Source: Candidatus Peregrinibacteria bacterium (GTDB taxonomy: Bacteria > Patescibacteriota > Gracilibacteria > UBA1369 > UBA12463). From it: DNA of 64,000 nt. Within the stretch, counting starts at the first letter, position 1, and each line of letters starts with the position of its first letter. Below the pieces are notes generated by a model. The model did no database searches. It was not told the origin of the DNA and saw only the letters and a program-made list of their open reading frames with translations. The DNA is taken from NCBI GenBank assembly GCA_037447365.1, contig JBBIGU010000002.1, positions 6,678 through 70,677 on the forward strand. Direction: 5' to 3'. The translations under genes were made by a program, and so were the position numbers. Positions 19,818 to 28,901 of the stretch are shown here, piece after piece.

Positions 19818-20438
19818 TTATTCCTGTTCCGCTGCAGCGTCGCCACTCAACTGTCCCTTTAACTTGCCATATTCCATGGCGAAGAACTTTACGGCGTTGA
19901 GACATTCGCGGGCTTTTGTGTTTTCTGGGTCTAATACAAGTACCTTTGTGAACATGCGCATAGCGCGTTCGAAGTTTTTCTCATTCATATAGAGGACGCC
20001 GAGATCGGTCAAGATCAGTGCGTCGTTTGGGGCGAGGTTCAATGCTCGTTCTAACAAGATAACTCCTTGTCGTTTTTCACCGTTGTGATAAATGCTCCAG
20101 CCGAGGCATCGGAGAATTTCTGGGTGGTTTGGGAAGAGCTCTTCTGCTTTTTCGAGATATTCGATAGATGTCTTCCACTTTCCCATGCAAGAGTAGACGA
20201 ATCCCATGAGATAGTTTCCGTTTGGACTCTGTGGGTCGAGGGCAATAGCTCGGTCGAGTGCACGCTTCGCCTTCTGATATTCACGAAGAGTGAGATAGTT
20301 GTCGGCAATTTCTTCGTACGCCTCTGTGAAGTCGAGATCGTAGTTGAGAATTCTCTCGCAAATTTTGATTGCCTCCTGGTGATCGCCATGTTGCTTCTTT
20401 GCTTCAGCCTCCTCGAGCAGCGATTGCATATCGTACAT
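19818..20438 (-). CDS. tetratricopeptide-repeat protein
   Basis: 206 aa made of five to six 34-residue repeats with the TPR pattern, for example AIKICERILNYDLDFTEAYEEIADNYLTLREYQKAKRALDRAIALDP. Confidence 0.8.
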   Translation of the reverse strand: MYDMQSLLEEAEAKKQHGDHQEAIKICERILNYDLDFTEAYEEIADNYLTLREYQKAKRALDRAIALDPQSPNGNYLMGFVYSCMGKWKTSIEYLEKAEELFPNHPEILRCLGWSIYHNGEKRQGVILLERALNLAPNDALILTDLGVLYMNEKNFERAMRMFTKVLVLDPENTKARECLNAVKFFAMEYGKLKGQLSGDAAAEQE

Positions 20439-20535
20439 AGAAATTTTTGTTTAGATTTTTATTTTGGATTTTGATGCGTTGGCTGGAGTTCGTTTTTCTT
20501 TTTTGCTTCGCGAACCTCAATCAATGCATCTAAGT

Positions 20536-20564
20536 ATAATAGCAGAAAATGCGTTTTCTTTCAA
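20536..20564 (-). promoter_or_regulatory. putative sigma70-type promoter for the TPR / 134-aa / 872-aa unit
   Basis: Minus-strand TTGAAA (20559-20564), a 17-nt spacer, then TATTAT (20536-20541), about 100 nt upstream of the TPR ATG. Confidence 0.4.
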
Positions 20565-20735
20565 GAACGACAGGGTCGTTATGTGCATAACTCCCTCAGG
20601 TGCTCTTGCTAAAAATTATGGAAGATTTCTAATGCGAATTTTTGATACGTACGGAGGCGCAAGTGCGTGCGCACAGAAATAAACATCCTATTATATGATT
20701 TGTAGATTGTTTGCCTTTTTGAAGCTGAAATTGTA

Positions 20736-22061
20736 TTAAGCTGGCTGGTAGTTGATGGCTTCGAGCATCTTTGGACTTAACTTGGAATATTCTTTCCATT
20801 TGAGATGTGGATTGTCTGCTCCTCCAAAGAGCTGTTCGATGCGATGACCTGGATTGTTTGGATCTTCGGTCATGGCGTATGTGTCCATTACTGAAAAATT
20901 TCCTGTTTTTGCAGCTTCTTCTTTGAGCCATGCATTATAAGCCGCGCGAGTTGGTTTGTTTGATGAATATTTTCCAGGTGCCATGAGCGTCCCAACTTTA
21001 ATTTTTGCATTTGGATTTATACTTTTAATTGCACTGATCATAAGATAAAAATTGTCCTGCATTTTTTTTAGAGGATAACCTTCTTTTCCTGCTAAATTAT
21101 TTCCACCACACTGAAATACAATGGTATCTGCATTTTTAATTGCTTGTCGATCTTGTTCTGGAAGTGCTCTGATGTGGGCTGCAATACTCTGCATGGTTTT
21201 TCCTACATAATCAAAAGATCGTATGCCTCTTTTTGCGAGACTTCCCTTGAGACCTTGAACCTGTGAGTCACCAATGAAAACAGGGGAGCGTGATATGAAT
21301 CGCTCATTCGACTCCCTTCCTTGTACTAATGGTGGTTCGACGCGTGCTGCTTGAGCGGGTGTTTGTTCTGCTGCTAATGGCGCTGCCACTGCTGGTGGTG
21401 TGAGTTTCTCGCTTCCACGAAGTCCTGCCTGTGCGCTGTGTGCTTCTCCGACAGTTGCTTGTACTTTTTGTATGGAATCTTTTTCTAATTTTATTGCGCT
21501 CTCCATTTGCTTGGCATCGAATGGCATGATGTCTTTGTAGGCGATGAAGAGTTTGGTTCCGGTGAAACTCGACATGTATTTATTTTTCTTTGATCGATAT
21601 TCGCCGCCACGTGTTCCTGGTGAGCGTTTTGCTTCCGTGCCTTTATTTTCTCCACCGAAAGAGACGTTAGTTGCATTTGGTGGGAAGAGGTGGCCGGCAC
21701 CAATGCCTTTTTGTTCAGCAAATGCGAGTTTGCCGAAATCGAGCGTGACGTTCATTCCTTTTTCTCCGAACTCAATATTTTTTCCAATGATAGCGAGAAG
21801 TTCGGCTTGAGGCTGTAGTCGAAGTTGTTCTTTTTTCTGATCGTCACTGAGACTTGGATCACTGTCGATTTTCTGCAAAGCTTCGGCAACTTTTTTTTGC
21901 TGCTCGGGATTGCTTCGAATAGATACGACCTTGTCGATGAATTCGCGAAAGGCACCACCCTTTTTCAAGGCATCTATTTTTTCCATACGTTCCAGTCCTT
22001 TGAAACCAGAAATGTCTTTTGGTTGTTCGGGTGCTTTTTGTTGCGCTTCTGGTCCGGCCAT
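20736..22061 (-). CDS. SGNH/GDSL-type hydrolase fused to a large unknown N-terminal region
   Basis: 441 aa. The C-terminal third carries FIGDSQV (block I), QCGGNNL (block III) and GGADNPHL (block V-like). No signal peptide or TM helix is evident. Confidence 0.65.
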   Translation of the reverse strand: MAGPEAQQKAPEQPKDISGFKGLERMEKIDALKKGGAFREFIDKVVSIRSNPEQQKKVAEALQKIDSDPSLSDDQKKEQLRLQPQAELLAIIGKNIEFGEKGMNVTLDFGKLAFAEQKGIGAGHLFPPNATNVSFGGENKGTEAKRSPGTRGGEYRSKKNKYMSSFTGTKLFIAYKDIMPFDAKQMESAIKLEKDSIQKVQATVGEAHSAQAGLRGSEKLTPPAVAAPLAAEQTPAQAARVEPPLVQGRESNERFISRSPVFIGDSQVQGLKGSLAKRGIRSFDYVGKTMQSIAAHIRALPEQDRQAIKNADTIVFQCGGNNLAGKEGYPLKKMQDNFYLMISAIKSINPNAKIKVGTLMAPGKYSSNKPTRAAYNAWLKEEAAKTGNFSVMDTYAMTEDPNNPGHRIEQLFGGADNPHLKWKEYSKLSPKMLEAINYQPA

Positions 22062-22160
22062 TGTGTGTTTTTATGTTTCTTTTCATTATATCACAAATGA
22101 AGCTAACCGGCAATATGTGCGCAAGTAAGGATTTTTGTGTGTTTGAATGCTGTTTTCAGC

Positions 22161-22478
22161 TTATAAATCTACCTTTTCTCCGACTGCATCTCGGGTTCCT
22201 TGTGTGAGGCTTGAAAAATCCAGATCAGGGATTTGCGGTCGATCTCTTGGTGTCATAGGTGGTATTCGAGTTCGTGGGCCACGCATTCTTTCTTGTTGAT
22301 CGAGGTGCCTTACGAAATCTTCCATTCCAGTTGTTTTTGTAGGATCATAGGGTGTTTGATCATTTCCTGGTTCATCAGCCATTGCACTTTGAAATAACCG
22401 AGCACTTGTGCTGAGTCTTGGTGATTTCGCTGTGTCTACATTTCCGATTCCGTCGTCAGAAGGACCTCTTTCATCCAT
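22161..22478 (-). CDS. hypothetical Pro/Asp/Arg-rich, probably disordered protein (105 aa)
   Basis: ATG ORF filling the gap between galU and the SGNH gene on the same strand. Low-complexity composition with no motif. Confidence 0.4.
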   Translation of the reverse strand: MDERGPSDDGIGNVDTAKSPRLSTSARLFQSAMADEPGNDQTPYDPTKTTGMEDFVRHLDQQERMRGPRTRIPPMTPRDRPQIPDLDFSSLTQGTRDAVGEKVDL

Positions 22479-22505
22479 ATAAAAAAGTTATAAGTATTGA
22501 TGTAT

Positions 22506-23393
22506 TTATGCTTTGAACAAATCTTTCAGATACTTTTTGAGCTCTGGGCCGAGATCTGGTCTTAAAAGTGCAAAGTCGATGGTTGCTTTGATGAGACCGA
22601 GTTTGTCGCCGGTGTCATAGTGGCTGCCTTCAACTTCGTAGCCATAGATTTTTTGAGACTTGCCGAGTTCGCGGAGGCCGTCAATCAGACGAAGTTCACC
22701 ATCTGGGTGGCTTGCGTTGGCCTTTTCGAGTGCAGCAATAATTTCTGGTGTGAGAATGTATTTTCCGATGATTGCGAGATTGCTCGGAGCTTTTTCTGGT
22801 TTTGGTTTTTCAACAAGCGTTGCGATTTCGTGAAGACGTTTGTTCCCAGTTTTGACACTGAGATTTGGTCCGATAATTCCGTAGAGATGTGTTTTATTTG
22901 GTTCAACTTTGTCGAGTGCGATGATCGAGGCTTGTTTTTCGTAGAACTGATCGAGGAGTTGCTTGGTTCCTGGAACTTCGTTGGCGATAATATCATCACC
23001 AAAAAGTACAGCGAATGGCTCGTTACCGATGACTTCTTTTGCACAGAGAATAGCGTCTCCATCGCCTTTTGGTTCGGACTGACGGACATAAATAAACTTC
23101 GCAAGTTTGGAAATTTTTCGAATGTCCTTGAGGAGGTTGTGTTTTCCTTTTTCAACGAGGTTGTGCTCGAGTTCCCACGATGAGTCGAAGTGATCTTCGA
23201 TCGCGCGCTTGCCACGACCGGTGACGATAATAATTTCTGTGATACCGGAATCGACTGCTTCTTCAACGAGATATTGAATGACTGGTTTGTCGACGATTGG
23301 AAGCATCTCTTTTGGTTGAGACTTGGTGGCCGGAAGGAATCTGGTTCCAAATCCTGCGGCAGGGAAGACGGCTTTTCGAATTTTTTGAGTCAT
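22506..23393 (-). CDS. galU: UTP-glucose-1-phosphate uridylyltransferase
   Basis: 295 aa. AVFPAAGFGTRFLPATKSQPKEMLP N-terminal nucleotidyltransferase signature. Confidence 0.9.
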   Translation of the reverse strand: MTQKIRKAVFPAAGFGTRFLPATKSQPKEMLPIVDKPVIQYLVEEAVDSGITEIIIVTGRGKRAIEDHFDSSWELEHNLVEKGKHNLLKDIRKISKLAKFIYVRQSEPKGDGDAILCAKEVIGNEPFAVLFGDDIIANEVPGTKQLLDQFYEKQASIIALDKVEPNKTHLYGIIGPNLSVKTGNKRLHEIATLVEKPKPEKAPSNLAIIGKYILTPEIIAALEKANASHPDGELRLIDGLRELGKSQKIYGYEVEGSHYDTGDKLGLIKATIDFALLRPDLGPELKKYLKDLFKA

Positions 23394-23435
23394 GATGATT
23401 GAGAGATACTAGGTGTTGTGGGCTGTGTAATTGTC

Positions 23436-23807
23436 TTATGTTTTGATGCGAATAACTTTTGTCTGGAGTTTCTCGACTTTTGGTATGGCTATGCGGAGAA
23501 TTCCATTTTTGAATGAGGCGGCTATTTTTGCAGAATCGGCGGAGGCTGGCAAGACAATTGAACGAGAAAAATCTCCCCAGAAGCACTCTTTCGTAAGGTA
23601 ATCTTCCTCTGGAACCTTGTCATCGAGCTTTCGTTTACCTTTTATCGTGAGCACTTCATCTGTAACTGAGATATTGAGATCGTCTTCCGTGACACCAGCG
23701 ACGGCAGAAAGAATGATGATTTCCGAATCAGTTTGATAGATGTCGAGGGCGAGTTGACCCTCTTGTTCATCGTAGTGACCAATTGGGGCGGATGGTTTTT
23801 GAGCCAT
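23436..23807 (-). CDS. small heat-shock protein (Hsp20/alpha-crystallin family)
   Basis: 123 aa. Alpha-crystallin domain ending FSRSIVLPASADSAKIAASFKNGILRIAIPK. Confidence 0.85.
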   Translation of the reverse strand: MAQKPSAPIGHYDEQEGQLALDIYQTDSEIIILSAVAGVTEDDLNISVTDEVLTIKGKRKLDDKVPEEDYLTKECFWGDFSRSIVLPASADSAKIAASFKNGILRIAIPKVEKLQTKVIRIKT

Positions 23808-23854
23808 AAAATATTTGAGTGAGAATGTGAGTAGAGAGGGGATTTAATTGTATA

Positions 23855-25732
23855 TTATGCGACTTTCCCTTTTTTCTCAGCGTCTTTCTTTTGTTCTTTT
23901 TCGAGTTCTTTTTCCGGAGAGTCGAAATGTGCGAGGAATTCGTCGCGGCTCAGTGTTTCTTTTTCAATAAGTTCTGCCGCAATTTTTTCCATCGTCTTCT
24001 TGTTTTTTGTAATGGTTTCTTTTGCACGTTTGTAGGCTTCATCGACATATTTCTTTACAGCCTCATCGATTTTTTGCGCCATTGATTCGGAGTAGTTTTT
24101 GGTGTGACCAAGGTCTCGTCCAATGAATACTTCATGATTTTTTTCACCGTAGATGACTTGTCCAAGATCGGACATTCCATATTCGGTCACCATGCGACGT
24201 GCGATGTTTGTAGCCTTCTCGAGGTCGTTGCTTGCACCGGTTGTGACGTCACCAAAAAAGACTTCTTCTGCGCAATAACCGCCAAGGAGTGATGCCATCT
24301 CATCGATAAACTTTGCTCGCGCATAGAGATGCTTGTCTTCATCTGGAACAAACCATGTGACACCAAGAGCCATACCACGTGAAACGATAGAAATTTTCTG
24401 AACTGGATCACAGTTTTCTGTGAGATGACCAACGATTGCATGACCAACTTCGTGAAAGGCAGTGATCTTCTTTTCCTTTTCATTGAGGACGCGAGATTTT
24501 CGCTCAGGACCCATGAGAACTTTTTCGATCGACTTCTCGAGGTCGTCCATGACGATTGTTTTTCGATTGTGTCGAGCAGCAAGAATAGCCGCCTCGTTCA
24601 TGAGATTTTCAAGGTCAGCACCAGAGAAACCAGGAGTGTGTTTTGCAATTTTTTCAAGATCAACATTGTCTGAAAGTGGCTTGTTTCGGCCGTGAACTTT
24701 GAGAATCGCAATACGATCTGAAAGATCTGGGAGGTCGACAACTACACGTCGATCGAAGCGTCCTGGACGAAGAAGAGCTGGATCGAGAATGTCTGGTCGG
24801 TTTGTGGCGGCCATGACAATAATGTTGGTGTCCTTCTCGAATCCATCCATTTCCGTGAGGATTTGGTTGAGGGTTTGCTCGCGTTCATCATGGCCGCCGC
24901 CAACTCCTGCACCGCGATGTCTTCCAACGGCATCGATTTCATCGATGAAAATAATACATGGAGCATTTCGTGCTGCCTTCTTGAATAAATCTCGTACGCG
25001 TGATGCGCCAACACCTACAAACATTTCGACGAATTCTGAACCAGAAATTGAGAAGAATGGAACACCTGCCTCACCAGCAACGGCTCGTGCAAGCAGTGTT
25101 TTACCTGTACCCGGAGAACCAACGAGCAAGACACCCTTTGGAATCTTCGCACCGATTTCTAAATATTTTCCTGGATTTTTCAAGAAGTCGACGATTTCAA
25201 CAAGTTCCTGTTTAGCTTCCTCTGCACCTGCTACATCTTCGAATGTTGTCTTTCCTTTTTCCTTATCATAGAGTTTTGCCTTACTCTTACTGAATGACAT
25301 CGCCTGATTGTTGCTGCTCTGTGCTTGTTTCATCATGTATGCGAGTACAGCAACGATCAAAATAATTGGGAAGGCGCTCATAATAAGATTGAGCCAGAAG
25401 TCACTCGACTCAGTTGGTGTCACCTCAATTTTCATTTGAGCAACCTGATCTTTTGACACCCCGCCTTTGTCGAGAAGGTCATAGAGATCCTGGGATCCCT
25501 CTTTGTAAGCGTATTCTTTGCTTCCGTCTGTTCTCGTGATGTCGAGTTGATTCTTTACAACATTAATTGCTTCAATCTTTCCATCTTTGGCTTCTTGAAT
25601 GACAGTATTAAGACTTACTTTTGTTGAAATTTCTGCATTTCTTGACCATAAAAGAAATCCTGCACTTATGACGAGTGCGATAATAATAAGATAGAGAAAG
25701 CTGTTTTGTTTTTTCTGCGGAGCTGGATTCAT
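23855..25732 (-). CDS. ftsH: ATP-dependent zinc metalloprotease FtsH
   Basis: Two N-terminal TM helices, AAA Walker [19 protein letters not shown] and zinc motif HEVGHAIV. The track start is TTG 25747; the first ATG is at 25732. Confidence 0.95.
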   Translation of the reverse strand: MNPAPQKKQNSFLYLIIIALVISAGFLLWSRNAEISTKVSLNTVIQEAKDGKIEAINVVKNQLDITRTDGSKEYAYKEGSQDLYDLLDKGGVSKDQVAQMKIEVTPTESSDFWLNLIMSAFPIILIVAVLAYMMKQAQSSNNQAMSFSKSKAKLYDKEKGKTTFEDVAGAEEAKQELVEIVDFLKNPGKYLEIGAKIPKGVLLVGSPGTGKTLLARAVAGEAGVPFFSISGSEFVEMFVGVGASRVRDLFKKAARNAPCIIFIDEIDAVGRHRGAGVGGGHDEREQTLNQILTEMDGFEKDTNIIVMAATNRPDILDPALLRPGRFDRRVVVDLPDLSDRIAILKVHGRNKPLSDNVDLEKIAKHTPGFSGADLENLMNEAAILAARHNRKTIVMDDLEKSIEKVLMGPERKSRVLNEKEKKITAFHEVGHAIVGHLTENCDPVQKISIVSRGMALGVTWFVPDEDKHLYARAKFIDEMASLLGGYCAEEVFFGDVTTGASNDLEKATNIARRMVTEYGMSDLGQVIYGEKNHEVFIGRDLGHTKNYSESMAQKIDEAVKKYVDEAYKRAKETITKNKKTMEKIAAELIEKETLSRDEFLAHFDSPEKELEKEQKKDAEKKGKVA

Positions 25733-25841
25733 ATTGTGTTGAGTCAAGAAGTATTAGTAAGGATTGTAATAAAGATCGTATGCGTGAAATGCGCCACTAT
25801 TTTACTCTTTTTCTATGCGTCAACCAAGGTTCTTCCTGGGC

Positions 25842-27302
25842 TTACTCTTCATGTTCTTGCTTTTCATCGAGAATCTGAATTTCGATAACCGGTGATTCGA
25901 AAAGTTTTGGGTCTGCGCCTTTATCGATGCGATATGTACCAACTGCCACAATTTTTCCATTGTCATCCACAATGATCGGAATATTTTTTCTAAGTTCTCT
26001 TCGAATTTTTTTGTCGACAAAGAAATCTTGAACTTTCTTGCTTCCACTCATGCCGGCTGGATGAAATCGATCACCATCTTTAACACTTCGAATGAAAAAT
26101 TGATTATCTGGTTTTCGTAAGCTTACATAGACCGCATCTTTTTTTGTCTTCTTTGGAATTTTTTGATGAATACGTGTGATAATTTTTCCGCCTGGGAAAC
26201 TTAAACTTCCTGGCATTGGAAGGAGAATAACGTCTTCTGTGAGGTGTGGCTTGTCGAATGTTTTTTCTTTTTGAAAGTGTGCCTTCCCGTACGCAATCGT
26301 AATGCTTAATCGATTTCCTAATATCTTTTCACTTCCTGTTCGTTCTTTCTGAATAATCTCGAGGAAGTCGTTGATATTGTCCGTTGTAAGAAGTTCTGTT
26401 GATCCGTGAAAAATTTCGTAGATTGATTGAATGACATTTTTTTGAACCGTTGGAAATAGTCCCTTGAGTGGTCCGATTGGACAGACAATTTCTGTAGGGG
26501 AAACTTCACAAAATAATTTGATGAATTCGAGCGAAAGAGATGTTAACATTTCGTCAATTTCACTGAAGTAGAAGCTCTTTTCATGGAAGTTGCTTTTGAA
26601 ATTTGGATTGAGTTTTTCAATCGCAGGAATTACAGTATGACGAATGTAATTTCGCGTGTGAATCGTATCTTTATTTGTTGCATCTTCACGGAACGTAATC
26701 TTTTTTCGTCGACAGTAGCTCACAAGCTCTTCTTTTGAAAAGTCGAGAAGTGGCCGAATAATGCCCTTATTTACCATCTGAATTCCACTGAGTCCCCGAA
26801 CACTTGATCCGCGAATGAGATTGAAGAGCATTGTTTCAACGTTGTCATCACGATGATGTGCAGTGAAAATATGCGCTGCTCCATATCGCTCCTTGAGTCG
26901 GAAGAAGAACGTCTTTCGAATATTTCGTCCCGCTTCCTCAAGAGTCAGTTTTTGTTTTTTGCTGTATGCTTTCACGTCAACTCGTTCAACTTCACAAGTG
27001 AGTTTGTATTTTTTTGCCGTTGTGCGAACAAGTCGTTCATCGAGATCACTTGCTCGTCCTCGAAGTTTGTGATTAACGTGCGCTACGATAATGTTCATTG
27101 GATAATTGACTGCAATTTTCCTCAGAACAGAAAGAAGTGCCATTGAATCAGACCCCCCCGATACACCTACAATGATCGTTCCGTTTTCCTCAACATAGTG
27201 AGTCATAATTGCCTCTACCGTATTTTCGAGGATGGATGATATATCGGTCGTCTTTTCCTTGAGGTTCTTTTTTTGCTTCTTCTTGTTGTTTGGTTTTTTC
27301 AT
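25842..27302 (-). CDS. tilS: tRNA(Ile)-lysidine synthetase
   Basis: 486 aa. PP-loop VGVSGGSDSMALL. The classic tilS-ftsH adjacency is present. Confidence 0.85.
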   Translation of the reverse strand: MKKPNNKKKQKKNLKEKTTDISSILENTVEAIMTHYVEENGTIIVGVSGGSDSMALLSVLRKIAVNYPMNIIVAHVNHKLRGRASDLDERLVRTTAKKYKLTCEVERVDVKAYSKKQKLTLEEAGRNIRKTFFFRLKERYGAAHIFTAHHRDDNVETMLFNLIRGSSVRGLSGIQMVNKGIIRPLLDFSKEELVSYCRRKKITFREDATNKDTIHTRNYIRHTVIPAIEKLNPNFKSNFHEKSFYFSEIDEMLTSLSLEFIKLFCEVSPTEIVCPIGPLKGLFPTVQKNVIQSIYEIFHGSTELLTTDNINDFLEIIQKERTGSEKILGNRLSITIAYGKAHFQKEKTFDKPHLTEDVILLPMPGSLSFPGGKIITRIHQKIPKKTKKDAVYVSLRKPDNQFFIRSVKDGDRFHPAGMSGSKKVQDFFVDKKIRRELRKNIPIIVDDNGKIVAVGTYRIDKGADPKLFESPVIEIQILDEKQEHEE

Positions 27303-27355
27303 ATGTTCGATTGATTCGAAAGGCTGAGTAAAGGTTGAGTATTAAAGCGTTGGAT

Positions 27356-27709
27356 TTATCGAGCGAGCTTTGGATTGGCGTTTATAAGACTCATGATGAG
27401 ATCGATATTGTCGTCAGGTGCGGCTTGATTAGGAATGATTTTGCCGCAATTGATACACTGGTGTGTGATAATGTAGCTTCCTTTTCTTCCAATCGAGACT
27501 GTTTCTGGCTTCATAAGCCCCTGACACTGGCTTTGTCTATCGCCAGGAATGGCTTCATCGACATGGAGAGAATAAAGGCATTTTGAGCAATGGTTAAGCT
27601 GTTTTCCTGAGATTCTCGTGTTTTCGGCGCCACAATTGGCACAGATAAATGGTTCTTTTCGAGCGATGAGGCGCTTTCGAAGCTGATTTTGTGGCTCTTT
27701 TGGATTCAT
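27356..27709 (-). CDS. zinc-ribbon protein, RNHCP-domain-like
   Basis: Cys pairs CANCG, (N)HCSKC and CINCG, plus LHVDEAIPGDRQSQCQGLMKP resembling the RNHCP family core. The start is ambiguous (ATG 27709 or ATG 27745); the longer form overlaps the divergent promoter. Confidence 0.45.
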   Translation of the reverse strand: MNPKEPQNQLRKRLIARKEPFICANCGAENTRISGKQLNHCSKCLYSLHVDEAIPGDRQSQCQGLMKPETVSIGRKGSYIITHQCINCGKIIPNQAAPDDNIDLIMSLINANPKLAR

Positions 27710-27729
27710 AAATAGAGGTGGATTCCTAC

Positions 27730-27758
27730 TTGCTCTAAGCTTCAAAATTTGGTATAAT
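27730..27758 (+). promoter_or_regulatory. putative extended -10 promoter of the type IV pilus operon
   Basis: TTGCTC (27730-27735), a 17-nt spacer, then TGgTATAAT (27750-27758), about 30 nt upstream of the pilN-like ATG. Confidence 0.45.
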
Positions 27759-27786
27759 ACTATGAAATAAAAATAAAACGCACTCT

Positions 27787-28350
27787 ATGTCTACTTTTAC
27801 CCCGCAAGATCAGTCGCAAACTCCTCGCAGCCCAGCTTTGTCTTTCTTTATCTTGGCCGTGGTTCTGAGTTTACTCTTTTCGGCTTATCTCGTCTACCTT
27901 TTTGTGGCTCAATTCTCTACAAAAAAGGAGGCTGATGTCTACGTTCAAGAGACTGCTCAGTTGCAGCAACAAGTCACCACACTTACTCAGAAAAAAGTAG
28001 GTTATTTGCAGAAAGCAAAACAAGTTTTGGATAAGATTGATAGTCAGCGTATTTATTGGTCGAAAGTTGTCCATGATGCGCTTCTCGTCATGCCAAAAGA
28101 TGCTAAGACTGGAGCTACGAAATCAGATTTTCTCTCATATTCTGGTAGTAGTGATGGAAAGCTGGTCATGAGTATGAAAACGATTGCCGGAAGTCAGAAT
28201 CCGTATATTGATGTTGCTGATGTTGTGAATGCATTTTCTAAGTCATCAGTCTTCCGTGACGTTTTTGTTCCGACTATTTCGAAAAATCAAAATGATCAGG
28301 GACAGGCGGTTCTTACTTATGTCTTAAATCTCACATACCATGGAGAATAA
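27787..28350 (+). CDS. PilN-like type IV pilus assembly protein
   Basis: 187 aa. Short cytoplasmic N-terminus, one TM helix (LSFFILAVVLSLLFSAYLVYLFV), a coiled coil, then a globular domain. First gene of the operon containing pilC and the prepilins. The call rests on architecture and context only. Confidence 0.45.
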   Translation: MSTFTPQDQSQTPRSPALSFFILAVVLSLLFSAYLVYLFVAQFSTKKEADVYVQETAQLQQQVTTLTQKKVGYLQKAKQVLDKIDSQRIYWSKVVHDALLVMPKDAKTGATKSDFLSYSGSSDGKLVMSMKTIAGSQNPYIDVADVVNAFSKSSVFRDVFVPTISKNQNDQGQAVLTYVLNLTYHGE

Positions 28351-28879
28351 ACAAAAATTTTATCTTACGGCTGCGATCGTTCTCGTTGTTGTTATGCTCC
28401 TCGGAGTTCCGTTTGGGATCTTTCCTTTGAGCTCCAAGCTCGATGATGTTCGAAAAATGCGCGATGATGCTTTGGCGGCGAAGGCTAATGTATCGAGCGA
28501 TCTTCAGGTTCTTCAGACGGCCCAGCAATCCCTTGATGGAGTTTCTGAAGTGAAACAGTCTGAATATCTTGATGCGATTCCAGAGGGTGTTCAGCAGGAT
28601 GTCTTAATCAAGAATATTAACGATCTTGCTACGAAGTATGGCGTTACACTCTCAAGTGTTCAATTTGGATTGAGTGATACGCAGGAACTTCCGAAGCGGG
28701 TAAGTGTGAGCGCGAGCTTCCAGAGTGGATATAGCGATTTGCTGGAGTTTTTGCGAGCGCTTGAGGCGAATCGACGACGTATTCATGTGAAATCGATCAG
28801 CGTTCAGGTTGTTCCACAAGCTGGTACATCTGCCGTCAACTTCTCTCTTGATATGGAAGCTTTTTATCAGGGTGCATAA
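28340..28879 (+). CDS. PilO-like type IV pilus assembly protein
   Basis: 179 aa. One TM helix, a coiled coil and a C-terminal domain. It overlaps the upstream gene by 11 nt. The call rests on architecture and context only. Confidence 0.45.
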   Translation: MENKQKFYLTAAIVLVVVMLLGVPFGIFPLSSKLDDVRKMRDDALAAKANVSSDLQVLQTAQQSLDGVSEVKQSEYLDAIPEGVQQDVLIKNINDLATKYGVTLSSVQFGLSDTQELPKRVSVSASFQSGYSDLLEFLRALEANRRRIHVKSISVQVVPQAGTSAVNFSLDMEAFYQGA

Positions 28880-28901
28880 TCGTAATATGTAGATATATTT
28901 T

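Noticed and set aside
20439-20735. The 297-nt gap between the SGNH and TPR genes, considered as a possible structured ncRNA or riboswitch.
   Set aside because: It contains a good promoter match and small hairpins (GCGCA-N6-TGCGC, AACGAC-CCT-GTCGTT), but nothing matches a known riboswitch core that I can recognise. It is most simply a promoter plus an approximately 100-nt 5' UTR. This remains unresolved without covariance analysis.
24699-25271. 190-aa plus-strand ORF, together with other long ORFs at 22620-23183, 22685-23350, 7743-8288, 63141-63653 and 60372-60890.
   Set aside because: All lie antisense to, or in an alternative frame of, confidently identified genes (ftsH, galU, ftsK, the CAP-domain gene and the TMEM43-like gene). 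Their translations are low-complexity (Ser/Arg/Pro-rich) with no motifs. They are shadow ORFs.
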